Source: Bugula neritina
Taxonomy: Eukaryota; Animalia; Bryozoa
DNA: 64,000 bases
NCBI GenBank assembly: GCA_964035545.1
Contig: OZ037767.1
Span: 14,946,998 to 15,010,997, forward strand
Direction: 5' to 3'
The first letter of the stretch is position 1. Every line of letters begins with the position of its first letter. Below are positions 21,901-35,600 of the stretch, in pieces. The position numbers and the translations under genes were made by a program. Under the pieces are notes generated by a model, which had not been told where the DNA came from, ran no database searches, and saw only the letters and a program-made list of their open reading frames with translations.

Positions 21901-24900
21901 TCAGGGAAAGACAACTTCAACATTACAAAAATCTGCCAAAACAAACGCAGAGGAAGTCCTGCTGCTGAGCACCTGCCCAAGTAGGAATATTCCCAACTTC
22001 CTGGAAGGCAGCATGATGTGTTTACTTTTACCTAGTACACAATAACTGCCTCGAGTTATCAAAACATCTATTGATGTGGCAGCAAAAGAAAATATTGTCA
22101 CTCAATGGTTGTGTTGACATAACTTAATGCAGTAATTTCTTACCTTTTATCCATGAGAATTGATTTCTCAGGTCAACATATTAAACTATACTTTGCTGTA
22201 TACACGATGTTTAAACTATATATATACATGCATATACTATATATAAACTATATGTACACATGTATATATACTGTATTTAATAACCCCAACACAGAAGTGT
22301 ATAGTTTTACTCAAAGTACTGCACCCACTAGAGCTCGAGTTCTACTCACTTTCGGACTCCCTCGTGATTCTCAATCTTAGCGATGATTTTGATGTCCTTG
22401 CCTTTCTCACCGAGGATTTCCCTGATTTGTTTTATGCCGTCTGCGTTCCTGATGAACGAAGCAAACACCATGTCAACCTAAAACAGCACCAGTATAGAAT
22501 GTACATCACATTGGCTGGTTACATGATGTGTGTGACACTTAGTAACATCCTAAAATTCGAAGGCCGTAGCGGAGAAGTTGTGTAGAGTGATGCCTCAGCT
22601 CCAACTAAAACTTACAATACACAACGCTGGCTGTCCTTGCAGCAAATTAATAAACTGTAAACTCAGAACTTTAGGCCATATTTTACGCAGATGAAAACAG
22701 TACAACTGAACCTGCTTAAACCTTGTTACTCCTACTTATGAGGGTACAACATCTGCACTACTATCTGCACTACTATCTGCACTACTATCTGCACATCATA
22801 TGGTCAGACAACTCCCACCACACTCACCTCTTGCTCCACTCCAAATTTCAAGTCAGCGATATCTTTCTTCGAGACAGCGGGCAGATCGACAGCGGCCTTG
22901 GGCAGGTTACAGCCCTTCTTGCTGCCCAGCATGCCTCCGTTATCAATGTTACACACCAGGTAGTCGGAGCCTGGAAACAGCAACAAGTACGGATTGCAAT
23001 GTATAAAAAACGAGGCTCAATGTGACAGAAATAAAAAGACGAATATCTCTGAAAGTATAAAGAATGTCAACAGGGTAATGCTAGGAGAGACCAGGGTGGG
23101 GTCAGTTATGTATTAATGTGATTAATAACAACTGTTAGAGAAAGTATGAAGTTTATAAGATTTAAAAATTTGAAGTAATTGTTAAGTAATTATAAAGTAA
23201 TGGTAGAAATCAATCACATTAGCTATGTAATTAATTACAATTACATTTTCATACCTCATTTACAAATATATGATATTAGCCTACTTGAAAAAATGTAATT
23301 AGTAACAACCAGTTACAATTACTTCAAATCGTAAGAAACTTGAGAAAAAGGTAGTTCGGGTTCAACAACTCCTAGCTTACCAATCTCGGCAACAGAGAGA
23401 GAAATCAGGCCATCGTCCAGGTAGATAAGGCCGCCAACCTGTAGAACCTTGGTTATGTTAACATAGTCTATGTATATACAGGAGTCGTCCCCGATCTCGT
23501 AGTACTTCTCATCGGTGCTCAGTTTAATCTGATTGCCTTTCTTTAGCTCAATCTCAGCTGAACCCCCCTGCAAAATACAACACACCCCTGTAAAATATAA
23601 CACACCCCTGTAGAACATAACACACCCCTGTAGAATGTAACACACCCCTGTAGAACATAACACACCCCTGTAGAATGTAACACACTCATTTAGAATACAA
23701 CACAATACTTCATACACTTAATTAGTACATTCTACGCTGTAGACTGTAGAGAAATGAGAGGTAGCTAAACAGTTCATATTCATGCAACTTGTTTGCTTTG
23801 CTGTACCATTGAACCTTGTTAGCTCACAAATCTGCATTATGCAGTGGACTTCACACTATCGTACTTCATACCAAATCATTACAAAATACTCAAATTGGAA
23901 TCGCTAAAGGTGAGGCAAGGAATATGGTCTACTACAAAGTACAACTATTAACATTACGTTATCTACAATTCCTTCCGCCTACTGATAGGACACATAGTCA
24001 CATACACACTGATAACCTTCCTACACTAGTGTATGGTACTAGAAATAGAAAACAGGCAGTCAGTGAGTTGACTGAGAATATATTAGTGTCACACGTGAGT
24101 GTTTCAACAACCTGCTAACAAAGAACACCTGTTCACAGAATGTGAATCATATATCCAATCTCAAGGGTTGGCCGTTTAATGAGTAGAGTTCACATTCACA
24201 CTGTATAACTTACACTGCTGTGCAGGATGATACAAAGGGTATATATGACATGGTATAGTCATCAGTGTGAGTGATGAAAGAGTATATGATAGCCAACGCT
24301 AAACACTAGTTTAGACAAGAACCCAGTAGATACAACCTTTACAGCCTAGCCAAAGTCTGTATATCACAGTAACAGTGGCCGGCTGTGTGCAAGTGTAGAG
24401 GTAGAGGTAGAGGTAGAGGTAGTGCAGTGTAGTGTAGTATAGTATAGTGTAGTGTAGTGTAGTGTAGTGTAGTGTAGAGGTAGTGTAGTGTAGAGGTAGT
24501 GTAGTGTAGTGTAGTGTAGTGTAGTGTAGTGTAGTGTAGTGTAGTGTAGTGTAGTGTAGTATAGTGTAGTGTAGAGGTAGTGTAGTGTAGTATAGTGTAG
24601 TGTAGTGTAGTATAGTGTAGAGGTAGTATAGTATAGTGTAGTGTAGTGTAGTATAGTGTAGAGGTAGTATAGTATAGTGTAGTGTAGTGTAGTGTAGTGT
24701 AGTGTAGTGTAGTGTAGTGTAGTATAGTGTAGTGTAGAGGTAGTGTAGAGTAGTGTAGTATAGTGTAGAGGTAGTATAGTATAGTATAGTGTAGTGTAGT
24801 ATAGTGTAGAGGTAGTATAGTGTAGAGGTAGTATAGTGTAGTGTAGTATAGTATAGTGTAGAGGTAGTATAGTATAGTGTAGTATAGTGTAGTGTAGTGT

Positions 24901-27505
24901 AGTATAGTGTAGAGGTAGTATAGTGTAGTGTAGTGTAGTATAGTATAGTGTAGTATAGTGTAGTGTAGTGTAGTGTAGTATAGTACAGTATAGTGTAGTA
25001 TAGTATAGTGTAGTGTAGAGGTAGTATAGTGTAGAGGTAGTATAGTGTAGTATAGTGTAGAGGTAGTATAGTGTAGTGTAGTGTAGTATAGTATAGTGTA
25101 GTATAGTGTAGTGTAGAGGTAGTGTAGAGTAGTGTAGTATAGTGTAGAGGTAGTATAGTATAGTATAGTGTAGTGTAGTATAGTGTAGAGGTAGTATAGT
25201 GTAGAGGTAGTATAGTGTAGTGTAGTATAGTATAGTGTAGAGGTAGTATAGTATAGTGTAGTATAGTGTAGTGTAGTGTAGTATAGTGTAGAGGTAGTAT
25301 AGTGTAGTGTAGTGTAGTATAGTGTAGAGGTAGTGTAGTGTAGTGTAGTGTAGTATAGTGTAGAGGTAGTATAGTATAGTATAGTGTAGTATAGTGTAGT
25401 GTAGTGTAGTGTAGTATAGTACAGTATAGTGTAGTATAGTATAGTGTAGTGTAGAGGTAGTATAGTGTAGAGGTAGTATAGTGTAGTATAGTGTAGAGGT
25501 AGTATAGTGTAGTGTAGTGTAGTATAGTATAGTGTAGTATAGTGTAGTGTAGTGTAGTATAGTGTAGAGGTAGTATAGTATAGTGTAGTATAGTGTAGTA
25601 TAGTGTAGAGGTAGTATAGTATAGTGTAGTATAGTATAGTGTAGAGGTAGTATAGTATAGTGTAGTATAGTGTAGTGTAGTATAGTGTAGTATAGTGTAG
25701 TGTAGTGTAGTGTAGTGTAGTATAGTGTAGTGTAGTGTAGTATAGTGTAGTATAGTGTAGTGTAGAGGTAGTGTAGTATAGTATAGTGTAGTATAGTGTA
25801 GTGTAGTGTAGTATAGTGTAGTATAGTGTAGTGTAGAGGTAGTGTAGCATAAAGGCGGGTGGAGTATATTTACCCCTTTGAGAAGACCTGTCCTAATCTC
25901 AGGTCCCTTAGTGTCTAAGGCTATGGCGGTGGGGCGGGGGTGGTGGAACGACTTGGCGGCCTCCCTCACATTGGCGATAGTTTGGGCGTGGTACTCGTGT
26001 GTCCCGTGAGAGAAGTTCATTCTGGCGATATTCATACCGGACAGAATCATCTCCTGTAACATCTGAACCTCGCGACATGCTGGCCCTGTAACAGTCGGAC
26101 TGCAGGTATGAAACGGCCTGGACCACAACAGATCTCATCACTGACCTCAGTTTTATATAAAATGGACATTTAATAGAATAAAACACAAAGATTTGCAAGT
26201 TACAGGATTACTATACTACACTATACTTTTCATTAAATGAACTCTCTTTTACAGGTAAAATGACAGCAAAACTAAATGCCGACTAAATTAATGTGTAGCC
26301 ACTCTATTACTACTATCATAATGTATTTATCTATTACCTACATATTATAGTTTGGTATATTGAATACAGAACAGACAGAACTAGAAGCTATATGTCACAT
26401 GACAGTACGTCACATGACTCAAACCCATTAGGCATGTGAGTAATCCAAAGAGAGGGGAAATGCAAATTATTTTGTAATTATTCACTAATTTGCATATTTT
26501 ATTAACCAAAATATTTTATTCATAAACTGCCGCCCTGTGTTACAAATGCAACTAGGTAGTGGAGTAAATTAGAGTAAACATTATTCACTACCTGTATCTA
26601 CCTGTACTACCTGCATTTATTTCTACAACCATGAAGAAGTGGGGCTAAAGAAATGGTAATGAGACAAATCAACGGCCGGCAACCAGTATATCTCTGTATT
26701 ACTCATTACTAGGGCAAAATATGGACTCGTTGTCGCACAGGAAATCAGCATAACAGCCGGTGTTGCAGATAATATAGTGTTGGATTTATACATACTATGC
26801 AGGGGTGGATGTATACAGTAGATATACTATACAGGGGTGGATGTATACAGTAGATATACTATACAGGGGTGGATGTATACAGTAGATATACTATACAGGG
26901 GTGAATGTATACGTAGATATACTATACAGGGGTGAATGTATACGTATACAGTAGACATAGTATACTATAACCAATCAACCCGAACTCACACACTCTCACC
27001 TATAGTACAGATGAGGCCAGAGTTACGCAGCAGCGTAGGATCTGAGTCTATGTCAAGGAGACAGTTGTGTTCAATATGGCCGCCAGCCCTGAAGCAGGAG
27101 TACTGGGCCTGGTCTTGTTTGTAATAGTCGCCAGAGTGCTCTTGCTCGAGAGTGTAAGACCTCTTCAGGCTTCTCTGTTACATCATCACACATTGAGACA
27201 ATATCCGTAGTAGACATCATGTGATATACACTTCAACAGCTGGTGCTAGAGCTAATGCATGTCATAACATCCCTAACTTAAATGGCATGATCGTAACTTG
27301 TTAGTTTTTTCCTCTTACAGTATCAAAAGAAGCCATTATAATTGGAAATATGCATAGCTTAGCTTCAAACTGCCAAATGACTACTCATTAATATAAAGTT
27401 CCTTTAGTTATAGCACTATTAGTTATTATAATTTAAGCAAAGGTATTGCACAGTTTATCAGTAAAACAAATGATGAAAGTAACTTACATGAGCTGGTGGA
27501 GGCAT
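18937..27505 (-). CDS. PK: Pyruvate kinase
   Basis: Exons 27505-27488, 27174-27000, 26085-25874, 23567-23381, 22970-22828, 22477-22350, 21614-21464, 21261-21073, 20955-20825, 20605-20487, 19351-19262 and 19094-18937. Motifs [75 protein letters not shown] and [13 protein letters not shown]. Confidence 0.97.
21660..21835. repeat. 15-bp minisatellite (GTAGAGGTACTGAKA) in a PK intron
   Basis: Direct tandem periodicity. Confidence 0.8.
23563..23703. repeat. 20-bp tandem repeat x6-7 that duplicates a PK acceptor site
   Basis: Minus-strand unit GTGTGTTRYRTTYTRCAGGG; the last copy is the functional acceptor of exon 23567. Confidence 0.8.
24393..25848. repeat. (AGTGT/AGTAT)n pentanucleotide satellite in a PK intron
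   Basis: About 1.45 kb of AGTRT units with AGAGGT interruptions; source of the H/Y/T/L ORFs. Confidence 0.95.
26790..26960. repeat. 32-bp minisatellite x5 in a PK intron
   Basis: ACTATACAGGGGTGGATGTATACAGTAGATAT repeated. Confidence 0.85.
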
Positions 27506-29622
27506 TTCAAGTATTCAGGAGTTTTCAAACTAAAAGTATTTAAGAGATTATGAAACTATACATTTAATTTGATTTAACAATTTTTTTATCTAGAGTTGAA
27601 TACATAACATTTACTAAATTTAGTGAAGGAAAAAACAGATATTTAATCTCGAAGCTTTTACTTTTCCTTGTAGTTTAGAAGTCATTTCTGAAGATATTAC
27701 AATTATATTATTGTTTAAAGTTCATGATAATATAACTTTTGGTGGTAGTTTAAATGCTGGTTTTAAATATGTCTAAAAAACTGAGAGGACATACAGCAAC
27801 AGTGATACTCCTATTAATATTATTATAATTATTAATACTAATACTAATAGTAATACTAATACTAATAGTATTACTCTATTACTATTCGTCTATTGGTATT
27901 ACACGTACACGGTACAGCTACACTTACAGTAACAGTTACTGTCAGTGTTACAGTAAATGTAATTTACTGCAACTGTCGTACTAATACTAATAGTTATACT
28001 TAAACTAAGCCGTAGAGTGATAGTCATAGTATAACTATAAGTATAACTATAACTATAAGTATAACTATAACTATAAGTAATACTAAAACTAGCAGTATCA
28101 GTATCACAATCAGAATCACAATGACAATGACAATCACAATGATTTTTAAAAAATAAAACTAATTATAAATATAATTCAAATAAAAAAAAATGCGTTCAAG
28201 AGTATACAAATATAATTATATGATTGTTTACATATAAGCATTCAAATTGACAACTTGATAAATTATCCTGATTTTGTGGTGATTAACACGACATGCAATT
28301 ACACTATCACGCTGCAAACTGTAATTGAGTTTGTGCAGTGATGTTGAAACTGCTTCACGTAGCCGGCTGTAGCCTTCTCACGAGAAGCCGGCCTTGCATC
28401 AAAATTATTCTGGTCCTATTTTAGAAAAACGAAAGCAGAAACACAGGCTAAAAGAAATGTAGCGGGAATATATTGGTTCTTCATTGGCTGATACATGGCG
28501 TGCCGTAATTCCTAAATTTATAAGGATGGTACTGAGAAGCCAACCGCCTTACCCGAGTGATATAATGTTAAGCGCTCTTTGCACTGAGCTAGAAATAATT
28601 TATTATCTTTTCCAGCTCATTGCCCGATTGTCAAGTCGAAGTTGTCTGTTCATTACAACATGCGCCATCAACTTCATACTCATATTATTACATATAGTCT
28701 CATATAAGAAATAAATAGCTATACGCAGTGAACTGCAATGTTTGCTAGCAAAACTCATCAAACATTCCTATAACATTTATACCAGTTATAATCTATAAAA
28801 TTCAATAAAGCAAAACCAATACATGCATAAATTGCTACCTAATTGTTTAAAATACCAGCCCTTTAAAAATTTTGCTCAATTTTTTGCTACTAGTGTATGC
28901 TGATGCTGTTCCAGCTCTATAAAATTGCACTTACACCATGGGCAAAAATAGTATCAATAATAAAATTAAGGTTTACAAAAATATGTTTTCCCAGTATAGA
29001 GCTTAGAATAAAATTTATTATGTATGCAGGCATGATAATGTCTAGTTTAAAGCAAAGTTAACAATTAAACTGTTAATTATTGCAATTTTACGAAATTTTA
29101 GCATTGCCAGCTTTTGAACTTCATCCCCACAAATTAAATGCCTATAGTTTGTACTGTGGCTCATATAATTAAAACTTGGAAGTTGGAATATTGTCTAGAC
29201 TCTAGGCTATGCTACAAATCACAAAGCAGGTCTATATTAGAGTTTATTATTTTGACCATATTTTAGTCTACATTCACGTAGGCATTTTATTGTTGCCAAA
29301 AGATGAGATTCAAGGAACAAACTTAGACTACAGTTCTGATTAAATCAATAAATTACATTAAAGTGAGTATATGTACAAAACTTAGTGTAAAACTTTCAGA
29401 ATATTTGGTCATTTATTGAAAAGTTTTCAATGAACTAAAAGCACCTAAATCTGTGGTAAAACCAGCCAACATGATCTAATATTTAAAAGGCTATTGCTGG
29501 AAATAGCTCCAACTTAAGAGACAACTCCAAACTGGAGTACAAAAAGAGATGATAACCCTAATATTTGGTGATGCTACACATAGCAATAGAGATCCTGTTT
29601 TAGTGGAGGCACAACTCCAACA

Positions 29623-32600
29623 CTAAGTAGATTGTTCGGAAGATGACATGTCAACAGGCGTTGCGTCATGACTTGTAATACTGAGAAACCTAATAAAGTC
29701 AGCAACGCTAAGAGTCAGCGTAGCTGTGTTTATCATTGGGTGGAAGTTGACGTGTGTGAATGAGTCATCTAGTAGCCTCTGGTCACACAGAAACCTGAAA
29801 TATACAGTTGCTGTTACATGGTTACACAGTAAGACTACTGTTACATGGTTACACAGTAAGACTACTGTTACATGGTTACACAGTAAGGCCACTGTTACAT
29901 GGTTACACAGTAAGACTACTGTTACATGGTTACACAGTAAGGCCACTGTTACATGGTTACACACTACGACCACTGTTACATGGTTACACAGTAAGACTAT
30001 TATTACATGGTTACACAGTAAGACTACTGTTGCATGGTAACACAGTAAGACTACTGTTGCATGGTAACACAGTAAGACTACTGTTGCATGGTAACACAGT
30101 AAGACTACTGTTGCATGGTTACACAGCAAGACAATTTTTACATGGTTACACAGTAAGTCTGCTGTTACATGGTTACAAAATAACCCCCGTTCACACATTG
30201 CCGCACCATACGCCGTAACTGCAAATGTCCGCCATCTTTGATAACATCCGGGATGAATCGTACCCGGTACACGCTGCGGCGTTGATCAAGCAGTGCTTGA
30301 TTCAAAAAATCATGGCGGGCTCCTATTGGGCAGAGAGACAACTGTAAATGGTGCAATAGGGTAAAATATGCGCCATCTTATTGAACAGTTATAACCAATG
30401 TGCTGCTGAGAGATTCCTTTGTTAGGCATAAGAGAGTGTACCAAGGAAGTTGCAGCAGTGGTGCTGCCAGTACTCCAAAACCTTCATGGAAGTATTACGA
30501 AGACATGAAATGGTTTAGTAACTTCCAAAAAAAGAAGGAAGCAAGGTTTGAATAAATTGCTTTCTCAATATATTGTTGTATATTATACTCACTTGTAGAT
30601 GGTTGAACTGAATATTTTAATTACTATGTTTTTAATTAAGTTTATTTGGTTTTGTAGTGCGTGTTTTTGTGTGTATTTTTGTATATGTACTGTATATAAT
30701 GTATATGCATATATATTATATTAGTATCAAGAGGACAAATTTCATCTCGCAGTAGCCCTCCCCATCATGTTCGTCAACTCTACCGACTGCCTCCACATCA
30801 TCGGTCCTATCAGCAGACAGCTCACAATCCTCAATTCTTAACTTGGAGAATGATTCAGGAGATTTTGTGCCATTAGAAAAAAGGAAACGTAAAAGGCATG
30901 AAGATGGCGATCCCATCAAGAATATAGACAAGCAACTTAAAGAGCTACTTGAAAATGATAAAGACGAACAGGATGAAGCATATTACTCTGCCATGAGCTG
31001 GGCAGTCCGCTTCAGGAAATTATCTAGCTATCAGCAAATTGTGTTTAGGCAAGGGCTTGAAAAACTGTTTTTCAAGGGTGAGTATGAAACACCAAATACA
31101 TACTTGCTGCACCAACAATCACCCACCTCTGTCACCACAGAACATTCATATTTAATGCGATCATTATAAAATTTAAAAAATATAATACTTCAATTTGTTA
31201 AGCATATAGGAAGAGTTTTATTATTAGAATTTAGACAATACATATTATATAAAGTATATACATTTCTATTTATATGGGCATGATACAATTCACAAATTCA
31301 ATCTTATCTACGGTGAATGTACTCCATTTGCCAGAGCACACTACCAATATCGCTTGTAAAGTAATTTACATAAGTGTTTCTCGTATCATTGGCAGCAACT
31401 GTAGCATGGCGTGACTGTGTTGGCACCACGCTGCTACTGCGTGTTCGCCAAAAACTATCTGCTGACACACTATCAATGCTATCCTTGTAGAATGCATCAT
31501 TTGTCGTTCTTAAGAAATTGTGTAGTGCACACATTGTTTTTACTTGCAGTTCCACTTTACTTAAAGTTGCTACTATCGTTCTTAATAGCAGCCTCCATCG
31601 CTGTGACAAAATTCCTACAATTATACCAAACTTTGTGTTTCATATCATTGCACCAATTTAGTATATTGTACTTATAGGACTAATCAATATTTGCATGTAG
31701 GTAATCAAAGTAATAGTGATACCACAATAAAAATGAAAAAGAAAAGCATACTTACCAAACGCATTTTCCACGACTATTCGCGCTCTGGAGAGTCTGTAAT
31801 TAAAAATGCGTTTGCTGTCAGTAGATAACTGGCGTCCTGGGAATGGTCTTATTAAATAGGTTTTCAGGGGGAAAGCGTCGTCCCCAACAAACACGTATGG
31901 TAAAAACTGAGTTGGTGATATGGGCTTAGGAGTTGGCAGATTTACCTGATCTAAAAAGCAGCGTTTTATTATAGTGGAAAAACATATAGCTATTTATAGT
32001 CAATAGTTGAACAATCTAGGATTTTACAAGACACACATTTGACCAAAACAATTATCAAATTTTATTTAATTACACCTGCGTTTTTAGCAAAGCTTTAGTT
32101 ACCTCTTGCTAGCGCCATTCCAAACACTGACGATTCCCCAACTCCACCATCCCTCTGACTTCCTGGTTGACTAACATCAATGATCAGGAACTTGTAGTCG
32201 GCATCTACGATGGCCATCAGCACAATGCTTTCTCGGTGCTTGTAGTTAAAGAACACAGACCCACCTGCACTGGGTTTTTAAATGGTTACGTGTTTACCAT
32301 CTATGCTTCCCAGGCAAGTAGGAAAGTTCCATTTTTCAAATCTGGAAAAACACACAAAATATTGACGAACTAATGCTATATATATTACAACAAATTACTA
32401 GTGTCAAAATAACTATTACTAACTGCAGCTAGTAATAATATAAACCGATGAAAATTAATGCTTTTAATGATTATTTTCAAGTAGGTGTCATAATTTTTTT
32501 TAATTCTTGCTAATGCTGCCTCTACTGCTCTTGCTACTACTACTAGTAGTATAACTACTGCTACCGCTGCTGTTACTACTACTACTACTACCACTACCAC

Positions 32601-35600
32601 TACCACTGCTACTACTACTACTACTACTACTGCTACTACTACCGCTACTACCACTACCACTACTACTACTGCTGCTACTACTGCTGCTACTACTACTGCT
32701 GCTACTACTGCTGCTACTACTGCTGTTACTACTACTGCTGCTACTACTGCTGTTACTACTACTGCTGCTACTAGTACTGCTGCTACAACTGCTGCTACTA
32801 CTACTGCTACTACTGCTGCTACTACTGCTGCTACTAGTACTAATACCAATAATCTGACTACAAGTGATCAATTAAAATTAAATGGCAGGTAGCTAACTAG
32901 TTTTGCCAAAGAAGTCCTTATTAACTACAACCGATTCTAAAAATTCGCGTCGTGTATATATGTACCAATAATTTCAATTCATCACATTTATGTTGATTGC
33001 CATTATAACATTGATAACGATAATCGATAATAACAAAATTAGGATACTTGATCTTACCCATCTGCTACTTTTTTCCAAGCATCCACACCACTTGGAGGCT
33101 GCAAATACAGTGGTTGCAATGTTTTATACAAAGCTTTGCATGTATCATCAACTATTCCGCAAACTGTAGACTTTCCAAGTCTGTAGTGAAATGCTATAGA
33201 TGTCAAGCTTGCCCCTTCTGCCAAATGGTGTAGTGTTACCGCTAGTTTGATATCAGGCTTGATAGCAGGTCTCCAAAACGTATCAATTTTTGTTAATTCT
33301 TGCGCAACCAAAGTTATTAAATAGTTATAATTTGTCACTGACATTCTAAAATATTTAAAAAATCTATCATTATCTTTTTTCAACTCTTGAATTAGGTTGC
33401 TGAATAAACCCAGGGTTTCTCGTTTATTTATTGGATGAATCCAGCAAGCTCTTTTTTTATTTTTTCTTCTGTTGATTAGTAGTAATTTTTTTCGTAGTAG
33501 TAATATTCCAATTTTTGTTTTTGTTTTCATATTCAGTAATTAAAACGAGTAATATAACAAATAAAACTAACAACCTACAAGTGTATCTTATTATTGAGCA
33601 ATAGTTGACATGGTAATTGAAAGGCACACTGCGTCGCAGAAAACATTTTGCATAACTTTGATTGGTTACAGTCAACCGTCATTACTTTATGTCATTACGT
33701 CAATGTGTGAACGCCGGTTGACAAAATGTAACAGTGACGCCATTTTGTTTGTTCTGTTACGGCGTACGGTGCGGCAATGTGTGAACAGGCGGTAAGATTA
33801 CTGTTACACAGTAAGTCTGCTGTTACATGGTTGCACAGTAAGTCTGCTGTTACATGGTAACACAGTAAAACTACTGCTACATGGTTACACCGTAAGACTA
33901 CTGTTACATGGTAACACAGTAAGACTACTGCTACATGGTTACACAGTAAGACTACTGTTACATGGTTACACAGTAAGACTACTGCTACATGGTTACACAG
34001 TAAGACTACTGTTACATGGTTACACAGTAAGACTACTGCTACATGGTTACATACTGAGACTAGAACAAGCTTTTGCATCTATAAATGCTTATAGCAATAA
34101 TGATGGTTATTAAAATTTAGATAAATGAGATTTTTAATAAATGGAACTTAAAAACTCCTTCAAACACATTATAAATTAATAATGCTTCTGGTAAATCTTT
34201 CTACGTTTAGGTTTTTTTACATCTATTCTGTCCCAAAAAGAGAAGACAACTCTTATTGAGTTTTGGAATATATGACAGAGTAAAAGCAGAGTGCTGTACC
34301 TCACTTTAGCCTGAGTATCGTAGTACAGAGCGAGGGCGGTCACTGACCCCTGAGTCACTCCCAGACATTCTAAAAGTGTTGACTCATCAGCAAATCTAAG
34401 ACCACCTGCAACAAATTACATGATCTGAATTTGTCTTGACAGCACTTTTAGTCCCTCCCTAAATCAGCAGCTTGTTTAGCCCAGCTCTATATCTAACTTC
34501 TGTCCCAGAATAGTATTGGCGGCACCACTCACTAGATATACACAGATAACTCTCCCTGACAGAAATGTTGACAAGTTCAAGGGTTCGATTACCTAGATAA
34601 GTATAAGCTAATATCTGTGATTCCAAGAAAGCTCATGTTTATTTTTAAAGCCTCCACGTCTGTGAGAACCCTTATCAGTCCTTTAAGCAAACCAAGGACT
34701 TGTTTCTATTGTGACTCAGGAGCAATTATGACCGGATGCTCTTCCTAACATCACCAATGGCCTCGGCAGGGATTCAAACCACTGACCCAGTGTTTACTAG
34801 GTCAGTCCTCTAACCACTAAACCATTGCTGCTCTCCATCAACATGTTGGAATATGCTATAGACTTAATATTTTTACACTGAACACAATATACCTGCAATT
34901 CCAAGAGACTTAGAGATGTCTTTCAGATTAACTTGAGCATTGGAAAGGCAAGACAGAAGAAAAAGATTCTTCTTTTTGTCTTTCAAAAACAGATTTTTAC
35001 AGCAGGCCCCTTTGACGTCTGTAAGGTGGAGGTTTTGCTCTTCAACAGTGAATACCTTCAAGAGGAGACAACCACAAAACTTGAAAGAAATAAAAAGCGT
35101 TATCAATATGTAAGTTGAAGTTGAAGGAAGGATTTGCAAATACAAACACTAATTCTGGAAAAATCAGGTAAGTAGCCTCAACAATGGGAAAAGCAACACT
35201 AGTAACCATAAACTTATTAACAAAGAGCAGCCATTATGTAAGTCAAACTTGAAGAAAGAATTTTAGAGTATTAGAAAACCAGCAATGCATCAACAGCAAC
35301 AATAAGTATATTTATAGCCTACTAACAGAGCTAAAATCAAGTCATGTTGATTTAAGTCCTTGCTGACTTGATTACTAGAGATTTCCTGACTTTTTCAACA
35401 TGACTTAAATGAAATGTCTTTCTAATGGCAATTGCCAAAATTTTTTTATATTTATGATAAAAATGAAGACGAAATTACTAAAATCTATTAACTAGATAGT
35501 AGAGATACAGCCTTTTAATGCAAATCAAAACAAACCCAGCAATCAAATTAATCACAGTGTTATTAGCTGTAGCTTCTTCTTTTCATGTGACCAACTGAAT

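Larger units (their letters stand above)
30184..33792. mobile_element. PIF/Harbinger DNA transposon, full length but decayed
   Basis: About 35-bp TIRs (GTTCACACATTGCCGCACCRTACGCCGTAAC). TAA target-site duplication at 30181-30183 and 33793-33795. Convergent transposase and MADF genes. Confidence 0.92.

Noticed and set aside
24311-25850. 503-605-aa His/Tyr/Thr/Leu ORFs
   Set aside because: Translation of the AGTRT satellite in a PK intron; only 25874-26085 is a PK exon.
29726-30218. Repetitive ORFs (LLCNHVTVV, TWLHSKTTV, LLHGYTVR), also at 33695-34078
   Set aside because: The 27-bp unit is a multiple of 3, so several frames are open; these are intronic minisatellite.
32385-32871. Poly-Ser and poly-Val/Ala ORFs
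   Set aside because: Trinucleotide microsatellite in the transposase intron.
31304-33530. Domesticated HARBI1 gene
   Set aside because: Flanked by TIRs and a TSD, paired with a MADF gene and carrying a premature stop, so it is a transposon copy.
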